Part shown: positions 17,047 through 25,620 of the stretch, piece after piece
Position numbering within the stretch: position 1 is the first letter of the stretch
Layout of the letters: each line of letters opens with the position of its first letter
Origin: Candidatus Saccharimonadota bacterium
Lineage (GTDB): Archaea > Nanobdellota > Nanobdellia > Pacearchaeales > GW2011-AR1
DNA length: 32,000 bases
Assembly: GCA_026002795.1 (NCBI GenBank)
Contig: BPGA01000001.1
Span: 450,001-482,000, forward strand
Reading direction: 5' to 3'
The notes under the pieces: model-generated
Databases searched by the model: none
The model's input: only the letters and a program-made list of their open reading frames with translations
What the model was told of the DNA's origin: nothing
Position numbers and translations under genes: made by a program

Positions 17047-17292
17047 TTAAAGGCAAGCTCTTACTTTTTGATCAACATAATCAACATACTTTTTATCTTC
17101 TTCTGTAATTAAAATTTCTAATCCTTGTAATTTTAATTCATCTACAGCTAAAACAGCAAGATAAGCTTTTCTTTTAGAAAAAACACAACTTTTTTGAGTA
17201 TATGCTTCATGAGACCAAACAACCTCTTTTATTATGTTAAGATAAGAATCTAAATTACTAAAATCATCTATAATTAAATCAATAAAACTCAT
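17047..17292 (-). CDS. hypothetical protein
   Basis: 81-aa ORF in an otherwise empty interval. No recognisable motif. Confidence 0.4.
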   Translation of the reverse strand: MSFIDLIIDDFSNLDSYLNIIKEVVWSHEAYTQKSCVFSKRKAYLAVLAVDELKLQGLEILITEEDKKYVDYVDQKVRACL

Positions 17293-17373
17293 AAAATTAA
17301 TTTTCTATAAAAACTTATAAAGATTATTCTCTTAAAAAATAATCTTTTTATATAAAGATATTTTATTTTTCTA

Positions 17374-18177
17374 ATGTACAAAAAATTTCTAATTGTGGCT
17401 AGCAATAAAGATAAAGCAGGAATGAACATAACAACAAATCTTACACAGTTCGGAAATTTTAATCTTTATATTTGTGATAAAGAAATAATTTACACAGAAA
17501 ATTTAGATCTTGAAAGAATAAATGATTTTGATTTTATTGTTTTCGCTTCAAAACATGTTTCAGAAAGTAAAGAAAAAACAATCGCAGTTCATGCAGCTGG
17601 TAATTGGAGGGTAGCCCAATATGGAGGTATTTCGGGAAAAGTCTGTAAAAGTTCTGGTTTATTTATGAAATATTTATTTGAAAAACTCTATGAAAACATT
17701 GAGAGATACTCTTTAAAAGATTACAAACTAACAATGGAAGCAACACACCACGGACCGCTTATAAATAAACCATGTTTATTTCTTGAAATTGGTTCAACAG
17801 ACTTTGAATGGAGTGATAGGAGGGCAGGTTTTGTTGTTGCAAGAGCATTGGCAGAATCAATAAAAACGTTTCGAAAAGATGAAAATAACGAAGTTGCAAT
17901 TGCAATTGGTGGTCCACATTATTGCCCTAATTTCAATAAGATTCAACTAAAAACAAATATCGCAATCTCTCATGTTATTCCTAAATATGCACTACCTCTA
18001 ACAAGCGAAATTATTGAAGAAGCTTTAAACAAAACAGAAGAGTTAGTTGATATTGCTGTTTTAGATTGGGACGGTCTAGGAAAACAAGAAGAAAGAGAAA
18101 GGATTTTGAAAATTTTAAACAATTATCACATAAACTATAGAAAATCTAGCGAAATAAAAAAGGATTTTGGAATTTAG
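17374..18177 (+). CDS. dtdA: D-aminoacyl-tRNA deacylase, archaeal DTD2 type
   Basis: Matches the DTD2 family pattern: FASKH, HAAGNW, GG, EATHHGP, LEIGST..EW. 267 aa. Confidence 0.85.
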   Translation: MYKKFLIVASNKDKAGMNITTNLTQFGNFNLYICDKEIIYTENLDLERINDFDFIVFASKHVSESKEKTIAVHAAGNWRVAQYGGISGKVCKSSGLFMKYLFEKLYENIERYSLKDYKLTMEATHHGPLINKPCLFLEIGSTDFEWSDRRAGFVVARALAESIKTFRKDENNEVAIAIGGPHYCPNFNKIQLKTNIAISHVIPKYALPLTSEIIEEALNKTEELVDIAVLDWDGLGKQEERERILKILNNYHINYRKSSEIKKDFGI

Positions 18178-18183
18178 AGGTTT

Positions 18184-18639
18184 TTATCTGTTTTTTCTCC
18201 AAGCAACAATTCCTATAACAATACCATAAGCAATAATTCCAAGTCCAGGAAAAATCAAACCAAGGACCGGCGATAAAGAAAGCCAGCCAGGGTATCTTAA
18301 TTTTTCAAAAACACGCCAATTCGAGATAATAAGTAAAATCATTACAACCAAAGATCCAACAAATGGAATTATTAAAAGAAAAACCAATGCCCAATGAAAG
18401 CCGCCCATTTGAAACCACATAGCTATGTTTGCAAAAGGGATCCAAGCTAGCCATGGCCTCTTATGTTTGACTTTTTTTGCAATTGTATACCACGCCAAAG
18501 AAAAGTAAACATAAAAAATTAAAAGAAGTAAAATAAAAAGAAAAATAAAAGTTATAATAAAATTAGGAATCATACTCTTTAAAAAAAAATCATTCATGTT
18601 GTATGGACCACTTAGAAAATTTTGAATTAATAGAGACAT
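18184..18639 (-). CDS. multi-pass membrane protein (DUF5684-like)
   Basis: Four hydrophobic helices. The core WYTIAKKVKHKRPWLAWIPFANIAMWFQM resembles the small-membrane-protein family with K.G...W.a.IP..N. Confidence 0.55.
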   Translation of the reverse strand: MSLLIQNFLSGPYNMNDFFLKSMIPNFIITFIFLFILLLLIFYVYFSLAWYTIAKKVKHKRPWLAWIPFANIAMWFQMGGFHWALVFLLIIPFVGSLVVMILLIISNWRVFEKLRYPGWLSLSPVLGLIFPGLGIIAYGIVIGIVAWRKNR

Positions 18640-18714
18640 GAAAATTAAAAGATAGAATGTTTTATAAATCTTCTTATAAAATTACAAGACCAATAATTAG
18701 ACCTTTTAAAAAAA

Positions 18715-18722
18715 TTTTTATA
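18715..18722 (+). promoter_or_regulatory. TATA-like box (TTTTTATA) for the GGDEF gene; leaderless geometry
   Basis: Located -29..-22 from the ATG at 18744. Confidence 0.35.
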
Positions 18723-18743
18723 AACAAAATTTCTTAATAAAAG

Positions 18744-19325
18744 ATGTTTGAAATTGATTTAGATGAAAAATCAAAAGAAAAAATAAAAGAAATATTTGGT
18801 ACATTAAACAAAAAACAAGAAAATTTTATTTCTAAACTTTATGAACTCGCTGTAAAAGATCACAAAACAAAAGTTTACAATTCTAAATTTTTTAATGATG
18901 TTCTTTCAATTGAGTTGGAAAAAGCTAGAAGAAAAAAAGGAAAACTTTGTATATTTGTTATTGATATAGATTATTTTAAAAAAATTAATGATTCTTACGG
19001 ACACTTAATTGGAGATAAAATCCTTTACAAATTTGCTAGAATCCTTGAAAAAAATTTTAGAAAAACAGATGTTATATCAAGATTTGGGGGGGAAGAGTTT
19101 TTTATTTTATTACCTAATACTTCTAAAAGAAACGCCAATAAAATAATAAAAAGAGTTCAAAATTCCATAAAAAATGATTCTTTTTTAAAAAAATATAAAA
19201 TTACATTTTCTGGTGGATTGACTGAGTATAGAGACAAAGATACAAAAACTTCTTTTAAAAAAAGAGCTGACTCTGCTTTGTATAAAGCAAAAAAATCAGG
19301 AAGAGATCGTGTTGTTGTTCTTTAA
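18744..19325 (+). CDS. stand-alone GGDEF-domain protein (putative diguanylate cyclase)
   Basis: FVIDIDYFKKINDSYGHLIGDKIL, RFGGEEFFILLP, an RKTD (RxxD) motif five residues before GGEEF, SGGL, and ADSALYKAKKSGRDRV. Confidence 0.85.
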   Translation: MFEIDLDEKSKEKIKEIFGTLNKKQENFISKLYELAVKDHKTKVYNSKFFNDVLSIELEKARRKKGKLCIFVIDIDYFKKINDSYGHLIGDKILYKFARILEKNFRKTDVISRFGGEEFFILLPNTSKRNANKIIKRVQNSIKNDSFLKKYKITFSGGLTEYRDKDTKTSFKKRADSALYKAKKSGRDRVVVL

Positions 19326-19859
19326 TTTTAATTCTAAAACAAAAATTTCTTCAAAAAAGAATTTTTCAGAGTTCAAGATTCTTTTTAAATAACCTAATTT
19401 TTCAAAATCAATTTTTTTAGATAAGCTACTTACAATTAAGAAAATTTTTCCATTTTTTTTAAGATGCTTTTTTGCTTGGTTTAAGAACTTAATAATGATC
19501 TCATTTCCTTTAAGTCCAGCACTAGTTGAAATTCTTGATTCTAAAGGCTCTCTTTTATCTAAAGGCAAATAAGGAGGATTAAAAACAATCAGATCAAATT
19601 TTCCTTTCACTTTCTTGAAAAGATCTGATTTTATGCAGTTAAAACCCATGCCTTTACATAAATTTACAGCCTTTTCATTTATATCTGTTCCAATTATATT
19701 TTCTTTTTTAATGCCAGAATTTAATGCAGCAAATAGATTTATCCCAGAGCCAACACCTATTTCTAAAAATTTTATATCTTTTGTTCTGATATTTTTAAGT
19801 TCTTCTTTTATTGTTCTATACATTAAAAAAGAATCTTCAGAAGGCTGATAAATTTCCAT
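19296..19859 (-). CDS. SAM-dependent N5-glutamine-type methyltransferase (PrmC/Mtq2-like)
   Basis: IYQPSEDSFL N-terminus, SAM motif LEIGVGSGI, and catalytic FNPPYLP. Confidence 0.8.
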   Translation of the reverse strand: MEIYQPSEDSFLMYRTIKEELKNIRTKDIKFLEIGVGSGINLFAALNSGIKKENIIGTDINEKAVNLCKGMGFNCIKSDLFKKVKGKFDLIVFNPPYLPLDKREPLESRISTSAGLKGNEIIIKFLNQAKKHLKKNGKIFLIVSSLSKKIDFEKLGYLKRILNSEKFFFEEIFVLELKLKNNNTISS

Positions 19860-19910
19860 TTTAGATTTTAAATAGTTAGATTTATAAGTGTTAATATTTC
19901 TCTTCTAATT

Positions 19911-19986
19911 AGCGGAGTGGAGGAGCTTGGAGTCCTCGCCGGGCCCATAACCCGGAGATCGCGTGGTTCAAATCCCGCCTCCGCTA
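19911..19986 (+). tRNA. initiator tRNA-Met (anticodon CAU)
   Basis: A1:U72 acceptor (AGCGGAG/CUCCGCU). Three G:C pairs close the anticodon stem (CCGGG/CCCGG). Loop is CCCAUAA and the T loop is UUCAAAU. These are archaeal initiator hallmarks. Confidence 0.85.
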
Positions 19987-20022
19987 TAAAAAAATTTTAA
20001 ACCATTCTTAAATTAAATATTC

Positions 20023-20619
20023 ATGTTTATAGTTTTAGAGGGAATAGATGGGTGTGGAAAATCAACACAAATAATAAATCTTGCAGATTTCTTTTTTCAT
20101 CAAGACAAATACAACCATATTGTTGTTACAAGAGAACCATATAGAAGAAGAGAGATAAGGGAGATTCTTAAAACAAATGAAATGCCAAATGAAAAAAAAG
20201 ATCAATTGGTTTATTTATTTGTAGAGGATAGGAAAGAGCATTTTAAAGAAGTAATTATTCCTTCTTTAAATAGGGGACATATTGTGTTATGTGATAGATA
20301 TAAGTATTCTACAATTTGCTATCAATCAGCGCAAGGATTTTCTTTAGAAAGGCTTTTAGATATGCATAGATTTATGCCAGTTCCTGATCTTGTTTTTGTT
20401 TTTGATGTAAATGTTGAGACAGCTCTAAAGAGAGTAAGCTATGATTATTCTAGAAAAAAAGAGAGTAAATTTGAACAAAAAAATTTTCTTGAGGTTGTAA
20501 GAAGAAACTACTTATCTCTTAATGAACTTTTTCCAGACGAGAACATTATTTTAATTGATGGAAACGAAAGTGAAAGAGTGGTTTTCGAAAAAATAAAAAA
20601 AGCAATACAAAAAATTTAA
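20023..20619 (+). CDS. tmk: thymidylate kinase
   Basis: MFIVLEGIDGCGKSTQ P-loop, a DRY motif (LCDRYKYS), and ~200 aa length. Confidence 0.9.
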   Translation: MFIVLEGIDGCGKSTQIINLADFFFHQDKYNHIVVTREPYRRREIREILKTNEMPNEKKDQLVYLFVEDRKEHFKEVIIPSLNRGHIVLCDRYKYSTICYQSAQGFSLERLLDMHRFMPVPDLVFVFDVNVETALKRVSYDYSRKKESKFEQKNFLEVVRRNYLSLNELFPDENIILIDGNESERVVFEKIKKAIQKI

Positions 20620-20645
20620 AACTCTTTAGTGTTTGTTATTTTTAA

Positions 20646-20726
20646 GCCCACGTCGCATAGCGGTATTGCAGCGGATTGCTAATCCGCGCCCTTACGGGCT
20701 CCCAGGTTCGAATCCTGGCGTGGGCG
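20646..20726 (+). tRNA. tRNA-Ser (anticodon GCU)
   Basis: Acceptor GCCCACG/CGUGGGC, anticodon arm GCGGA-UUGCUAA-UCCGC, variable arm GCCC-UUAC-GGGC, T arm CCAGG-UUCGAAU-CCUGG, discriminator G. Confidence 0.9.
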
Positions 20727-20737
20727 TTTATTAAAAA

Positions 20738-21451
20738 ATGTCAGAAAAAACAGAAAAGCAAAATAAAAACGAAATTCTTTTCCTTGGTATAGATGATGCA
20801 GGAAGAGGTCCTGTTATAGGTCCAATGGTTCTCGCTGGTTGTCTTGTAGATGAAAAAACAAAAGAAGAATTTAGAAAAATAGGTGTTAAAGATAGCAAAC
20901 AACTAACTCAAAAAAGAAGAGAATTTTTAGAGATAAAAATTAAGGAAAAAGCAATATCTTATCATATTGTTTTTTTGTCTCCAGAAGAAATTGATGATCA
21001 CTTAAATAAAAAAGCCAACATTAACAATCTTGAAGCAATAGCTTCTGCAGAAATAATCAACAAAATAAATTCTCTTAAAGATGTTAAAGGAAAGAGAATT
21101 AAAGTAATTTTAGATTGCCCTTCAAACTCAATTAATAAATGGAAAGATTTTCTTAAAACAAAAATTGAAGATCTATCAAACCTTGAAATAATTTGTGAGC
21201 ATAAAGCAGATAGAAACCATGTTGTTGTTTCAGCCGCTTCAATTTTAGCTAAAACAGCTAGAGAAAGAGAAATGGAAAAAATAAGGAAAAATTTTGGCGA
21301 AGATATCGGTTCTGGTTATAGTTCAGATCCAATAACGAGAAAGTTTCTTAATAAAAATATTAAAAAATTCAGTAATACTGGCTTGTTTAGGAAATCATGG
21401 AAAACCTGGAAAAAAGCAAATCACGACTCTTATCAAAAAAAACTTTTTTAA
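20738..21451 (+). CDS. rnhB: ribonuclease HII
   Basis: GIDDAGRGPVIGPMVLAG N-terminal motif, ADRNHVVVSAASILAK, and SGYSSDP. Confidence 0.9.
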   Translation: MSEKTEKQNKNEILFLGIDDAGRGPVIGPMVLAGCLVDEKTKEEFRKIGVKDSKQLTQKRREFLEIKIKEKAISYHIVFLSPEEIDDHLNKKANINNLEAIASAEIINKINSLKDVKGKRIKVILDCPSNSINKWKDFLKTKIEDLSNLEIICEHKADRNHVVVSAASILAKTAREREMEKIRKNFGEDIGSGYSSDPITRKFLNKNIKKFSNTGLFRKSWKTWKKANHDSYQKKLF

Positions 21452-21515
21452 TTAAGTCATTGTTAGAACCCGTTAGTGAGTTAATCTTTAAAAACTTATT
21501 TAATTTTTTTCTTTT

Positions 21516-24377
21516 ATGTATATAAAAAAACTAATAGTACACGGGTTTAAGAGTTTTCCAAAAAAAACAGAAATTCCTTTTTCTCCAGGAATAAATGTAA
21601 TTTTAGGTCCAAATGGAAGTGGAAAAAGTAACATTTCAGATGCTATATGTTTTGTGTTGGGAAGGTTAAGTATTAAGTCATTAAGAGCAGCAAAAGCAGA
21701 AAATTTAATCTTCTTTGGAACTAAAAACATTCCGCCGAGTAAAGAAGCTTCAGTTGAAATAATACTTGACAATTCAAAAAAAATTTTTTCTATAGACAAA
21801 GAAGAGATTAGTATTAAAAGAATTGTGAGAAAAAATGGACAAAGTGTATATAAAATAAATAATGAAACAAAAACAAGACAAGAAGTTTTAAATCTTTTAT
21901 CTCAAGCAGGAATAGATCCTAATGGGTTTAATATAATTCTTCAAGGAGAAATACAAAATTTTGTTATGATGCATCCAGAAGAAAGAAGAAAGATAATAGA
22001 AGAAGTTGCAGGCATATCTGTTTATGAATCTAAAAAAGAAAAGTCATTAAATGAATTAGCAAAAACAGAAGAAAAGCTTAAAGAAGTAAACTCAATACTA
22101 AAAGAAAGAACGCTTTATTTAAACAACTTAGAAAAAGAAAGGCAGCAGGCTCTAAAATATAAAAATTTAGAAGAAAAAATTAAAATTCTTAAAGGAAGCA
22201 TAATAAACCAAAATTTAATAAATAAAAAAAAAGAGCTAAAAAAAATTGAATTTGAGATTAATTCTAAATTTAATGAAAAAGAAAAAAAGAAAAAAGAACT
22301 TTTTGATTTAGAAGAGAAAAAAACAAATTTTTCAAGAAAAATTGAAGAGATTAATGAAAAAATTCAATCAGAAAGCGGAACTGAACAAGAAAAAATAAAT
22401 CAACAAATTGCTAATTTAAGAGCAGAAATCGCAGTTCTATCAGTAAAACTAGAAAACATAACCAACAAAATTATTAACATAAAAACAGAGAAAAAAGAAA
22501 TTACAGAAAGAATAAACAACTTAGAACAGCAAATCAATTCGCTTAAAAAAGAACCCTTATCAAAAGAAAAAAATAAAATAGACATCGAAAAAAAGAAAAA
22601 AGAGTTGGAGAAACTTGAAGAAAAATTGAAAGAAATAAACAGACAAAAAAATAAAATTGAATTCTTAAAAGGAAAGTTACTAGAAAAAGAAAAAATTCTT
22701 AAAGATTTAGAAAAAGAAGGAAATTCCTTGCTTAGTGAAATAGAAAAAATATCTTTGCAAATAAAAAATGAAAAGTTAGATGAAAATATCTTGGAAATTA
22801 TAAAAAAAGAAATTTTTGATTTTGACAAAAAAATAAAAAATCTTGAGAACGAAATTTTTAACAACGAAAAAAAACTATTAAAAAATAAAATAAGATTAGA
22901 AGATCAGGAAAAAATTGTTAAAGAAATCGAGAATTATGATGTTTGTCCCGTATGTAAAACAATAATAACAAAAGAACATATAAATAAGATAAGAGAAGAA
23001 ATAGATCCGATAAAGAAAGAAATTGAAAAAGAAATTTTTTATATAGAAAATTCTCTTGAAAATTCAAAAAAAGAAAAAGAAACCCTTGTAAAAAACAAAG
23101 AAGAAAAAGAAAAAGAGAAAAGAGAGATTGAAAAAGAAATAGAAAAAATAAAACAACTAAAAAATAAAAAAAAGCTTCTTGAGAATATAGAAGAGAAAAT
23201 AAAAAATTTGAAAAGTGAAATAGAATCTATTGATAAAGAAATAAAATTACTTGAAGAAGAAAACAAAAAATTTTCTGGTATTGAAGAGAAAATATCTTTT
23301 TTAAGAATTGAAATACAAGAATTAAATCTTTTTTCTAAAGAAAATTTAGACGCTGAAATTCTATTTAAAGAAAGAGAGCTAGAAAGATTGAAAATTGATC
23401 TTAAAAAAACAATTAGAGAAGAGGAAGAATCCTCTCAGGAAATTTTAGAGATAGAAAAGATGCTTTCTTTGAAAAATAAAGAACTTCTTGAAAAAAAGAA
23501 AGAAGAAGAAATAATAATAAAGAAACACAAAAAACTTATAGAAGAAAAAGAAGATCTAATAAAAAAAATTAAAGACATAGAGTTTAATTCTTTTTCTTTA
23601 AAAAATTTAATTCAATCAATAGAGTCATCAGAAAACGAATTGAAAATAGAAAAAGCAAGAATAAACGCAGAGATAGAAAACTTAGAAAACGAAATTGTTG
23701 AATATTCTAACTTAAAATTCATAAATCTTCCAAAAGAAAAATTGTTTGAAAAACTTGAAAAAACAAAAGAAGAAATTTCGAAGATAGGCAGTGTTAATTT
23801 AAGAGCTATAGATGTTTATGATTCTATAAAAAAAGAATATGAATCAATAAAAGAAAAAGCAGACACAATAATTAAAGAAAAAGAAAATATCTTAAAAGTT
23901 ATAAAAGAAATAGACTCCAAAAAGAAAAAAGTTTTTTTAAAAACTTTAAAGGAAATAAATGAAATTTTTTCTAGAAATTTTTCTCAGTTAAGTGATAAAG
24001 GTCAAGTATTTCTTGAATTAGAAAACAAAAAAGATCCTTTTGAGGAGAATTCAGGGATAATTGTTATTATTAAAACAGGTCATGGAAAATATTTAGATGT
24101 TAAATCTCTTTCTGGAGGAGAGCAAACTCTTGTTGCTTTATCTTTAATTTTTGCTATACAAGAGTATAAACCATACTACTTCTATCTTTTAGATGAAATA
24201 GATGCAGCACTAGACAAAAGAAATTCCGAGAGGTTAGCTACACTTCTAAATAAATATATGCAAAAAGGACAGTATATTGTAATAACCCATAATGATGAAG
24301 TTATAAATAAAGCGACAAACCTTTATGGTGTGAGTATGCATGAAGGAACTTCAAAAATAATAAGCTTAAAGGTTTAA
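21516..24377 (+). CDS. SMC-family ATPase with central CxxC (zinc-hook-like) motif instead of a hinge
   Basis: SMC-type head: HGFKSF, GPNGSGKSNISDAICFVLG, ILQGEI, EERRKIIEEVAGISVY. C-terminal head: LSGGEQTLVALSLIFAIQ, YLLDEIDAALD, VITHND, LYGVSM. About 600 aa of K/E-rich heptad sequence lies between them. CPVC is at residues 477-480 of 953. Confidence 0.9.
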   Translation: MYIKKLIVHGFKSFPKKTEIPFSPGINVILGPNGSGKSNISDAICFVLGRLSIKSLRAAKAENLIFFGTKNIPPSKEASVEIILDNSKKIFSIDKEEISIKRIVRKNGQSVYKINNETKTRQEVLNLLSQAGIDPNGFNIILQGEIQNFVMMHPEERRKIIEEVAGISVYESKKEKSLNELAKTEEKLKEVNSILKERTLYLNNLEKERQQALKYKNLEEKIKILKGSIINQNLINKKKELKKIEFEINSKFNEKEKKKKELFDLEEKKTNFSRKIEEINEKIQSESGTEQEKINQQIANLRAEIAVLSVKLENITNKIINIKTEKKEITERINNLEQQINSLKKEPLSKEKNKIDIEKKKKELEKLEEKLKEINRQKNKIEFLKGKLLEKEKILKDLEKEGNSLLSEIEKISLQIKNEKLDENILEIIKKEIFDFDKKIKNLENEIFNNEKKLLKNKIRLEDQEKIVKEIENYDVCPVCKTIITKEHINKIREEIDPIKKEIEKEIFYIENSLENSKKEKETLVKNKEEKEKEKREIEKEIEKIKQLKNKKKLLENIEEKIKNLKSEIESIDKEIKLLEEENKKFSGIEEKISFLRIEIQELNLFSKENLDAEILFKERELERLKIDLKKTIREEEESSQEILEIEKMLSLKNKELLEKKKEEEIIIKKHKKLIEEKEDLIKKIKDIEFNSFSLKNLIQSIESSENELKIEKARINAEIENLENEIVEYSNLKFINLPKEKLFEKLEKTKEEISKIGSVNLRAIDVYDSIKKEYESIKEKADTIIKEKENILKVIKEIDSKKKKVFLKTLKEINEIFSRNFSQLSDKGQVFLELENKKDPFEENSGIIVIIKTGHGKYLDVKSLSGGEQTLVALSLIFAIQEYKPYYFYLLDEIDAALDKRNSERLATLLNKYMQKGQYIVITHNDEVINKATNLYGVSMHEGTSKIISLKV

Positions 24378-24420
24378 AAAACTAAATCACCTAAAAATAT
24401 ATTTTTTAAATTACAAAAAA

Positions 24421-24774
24421 TCATAAAAGCTCTAATTGTTTTCTTTTTATGTAATTTTTTATATCAGAAGAAGAAAACCCACCCCTAAAAACCTCTTTTC
24501 TTCTTTCATCATTGTTCTCATCATTAGTTATTGAATAACCCTCAACTCTATAGTAAAACTCGCCACTACTTTTTCCAGTATAAACATCCACTAAAAATAC
24601 TAAATTATTGTTAGTTTGAGGTATTATATAACTTAATAATTTAAGATTTATCTCTTCTTTTACTAATTGTTTTAGTCCATCTAATTCTGAAATCAATTCT
24701 TCAAGTTTTCCTCTTAAATTACTTTCTTGAATATTTTTAAGATGAATATCTCTTACTTCAAATTTCATAATCAA
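24421..24774 (-). CDS. hypothetical protein
   Basis: 117-aa ORF convergent with the SMC-like gene. No recognisable motif. Confidence 0.45.
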   Translation of the reverse strand: MIMKFEVRDIHLKNIQESNLRGKLEELISELDGLKQLVKEEINLKLLSYIIPQTNNNLVFLVDVYTGKSSGEFYYRVEGYSITNDENNDERRKEVFRGGFSSSDIKNYIKRKQLELL

Positions 24775-24872
24775 AAATTAAAACATAGGTTTATAAATAT
24801 TTTTATTTGATAAAATATTTATTGTCTTAAAAATTTAATAAATTTATATAGTTTATTTTCTAATTTAAAAGT

Positions 24873-25499
24873 ATGAATAAGAAAAAAGAGCTGATAGAAT
24901 TGTTTAAAAAAAAGGGGTTTGATAAGAAAATAATTCTTGCCTTTGAAAAAGTTCCTAGAGAGGATTTTATTCCTTTAAATCTTAAAGATTATGCTTATGA
25001 AAATACAACCCTACCTATAGGTTATGGCCAAACAATATCTCAGCCAGAAGTTGTTGCTCTGATGTTATCTCTTCTAGAACTTAAAAAAGGGCAAAAAGTT
25101 TTAGAGTTGGGTTCTGGTTCTGGTTATGTTCTTGCTTTAATTTCAGAAATAATCGGTAAAAAAGGAAAAATTTTTGGTGTTGAAAGAATCAAAGAACTTG
25201 CTGAGAGATCAAAAAAAACATTATATAATTTAGGGTATAAAAACATACAAGTTTTTAATAGAAACGGATATGAAGGATTGCCCGAAAAAGCACCTTTTGA
25301 TAGGATTTTAATAAGTGCCGCAATTCAAGAGATTCCAGAAAAAATTCTTTCACAACTTTCAATAAAAGGAATTTTTGTTGCTCCTAAAGGTCCTAGATTT
25401 GAACAAGAGATTATTGTCATAGAAAAAAAGAAAGATAATGTTTTTGAAATTAAAAAAAGAATACCTGGATTTTTGTTCGTGCCTTTTGTTAATGATTAA
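24873..25499 (+). CDS. pcm: protein-L-isoaspartate O-methyltransferase
   Basis: VPREDFIP, LPIGYGQTISQPEVVALML, and LELGSGSGY. Confidence 0.9.
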   Translation: MNKKKELIELFKKKGFDKKIILAFEKVPREDFIPLNLKDYAYENTTLPIGYGQTISQPEVVALMLSLLELKKGQKVLELGSGSGYVLALISEIIGKKGKIFGVERIKELAERSKKTLYNLGYKNIQVFNRNGYEGLPEKAPFDRILISAAIQEIPEKILSQLSIKGIFVAPKGPRFEQEIIVIEKKKDNVFEIKKRIPGFLFVPFVND

Positions 25500-25620
25500 T
25501 CTAATGAACCATTCTTACTTTTCTATAAAAACTAAAAAACTGAATAAATAGTATTTGCTTAATTCTAAATAAAATAAAAAAAATAAAAACAAAATAAAAA
25601 AATTAAAAAAAGAAAAGATT

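Noticed and set aside
22400-23266. ORFs of 154 aa and 75 aa antisense to the SMC-like gene, plus the 99-aa ORF at 21500..21799.
   Set aside because: These are Ser/Phe-rich mirror images of the GAA/AAG-rich coiled-coil coding sequence and have no independent signals.
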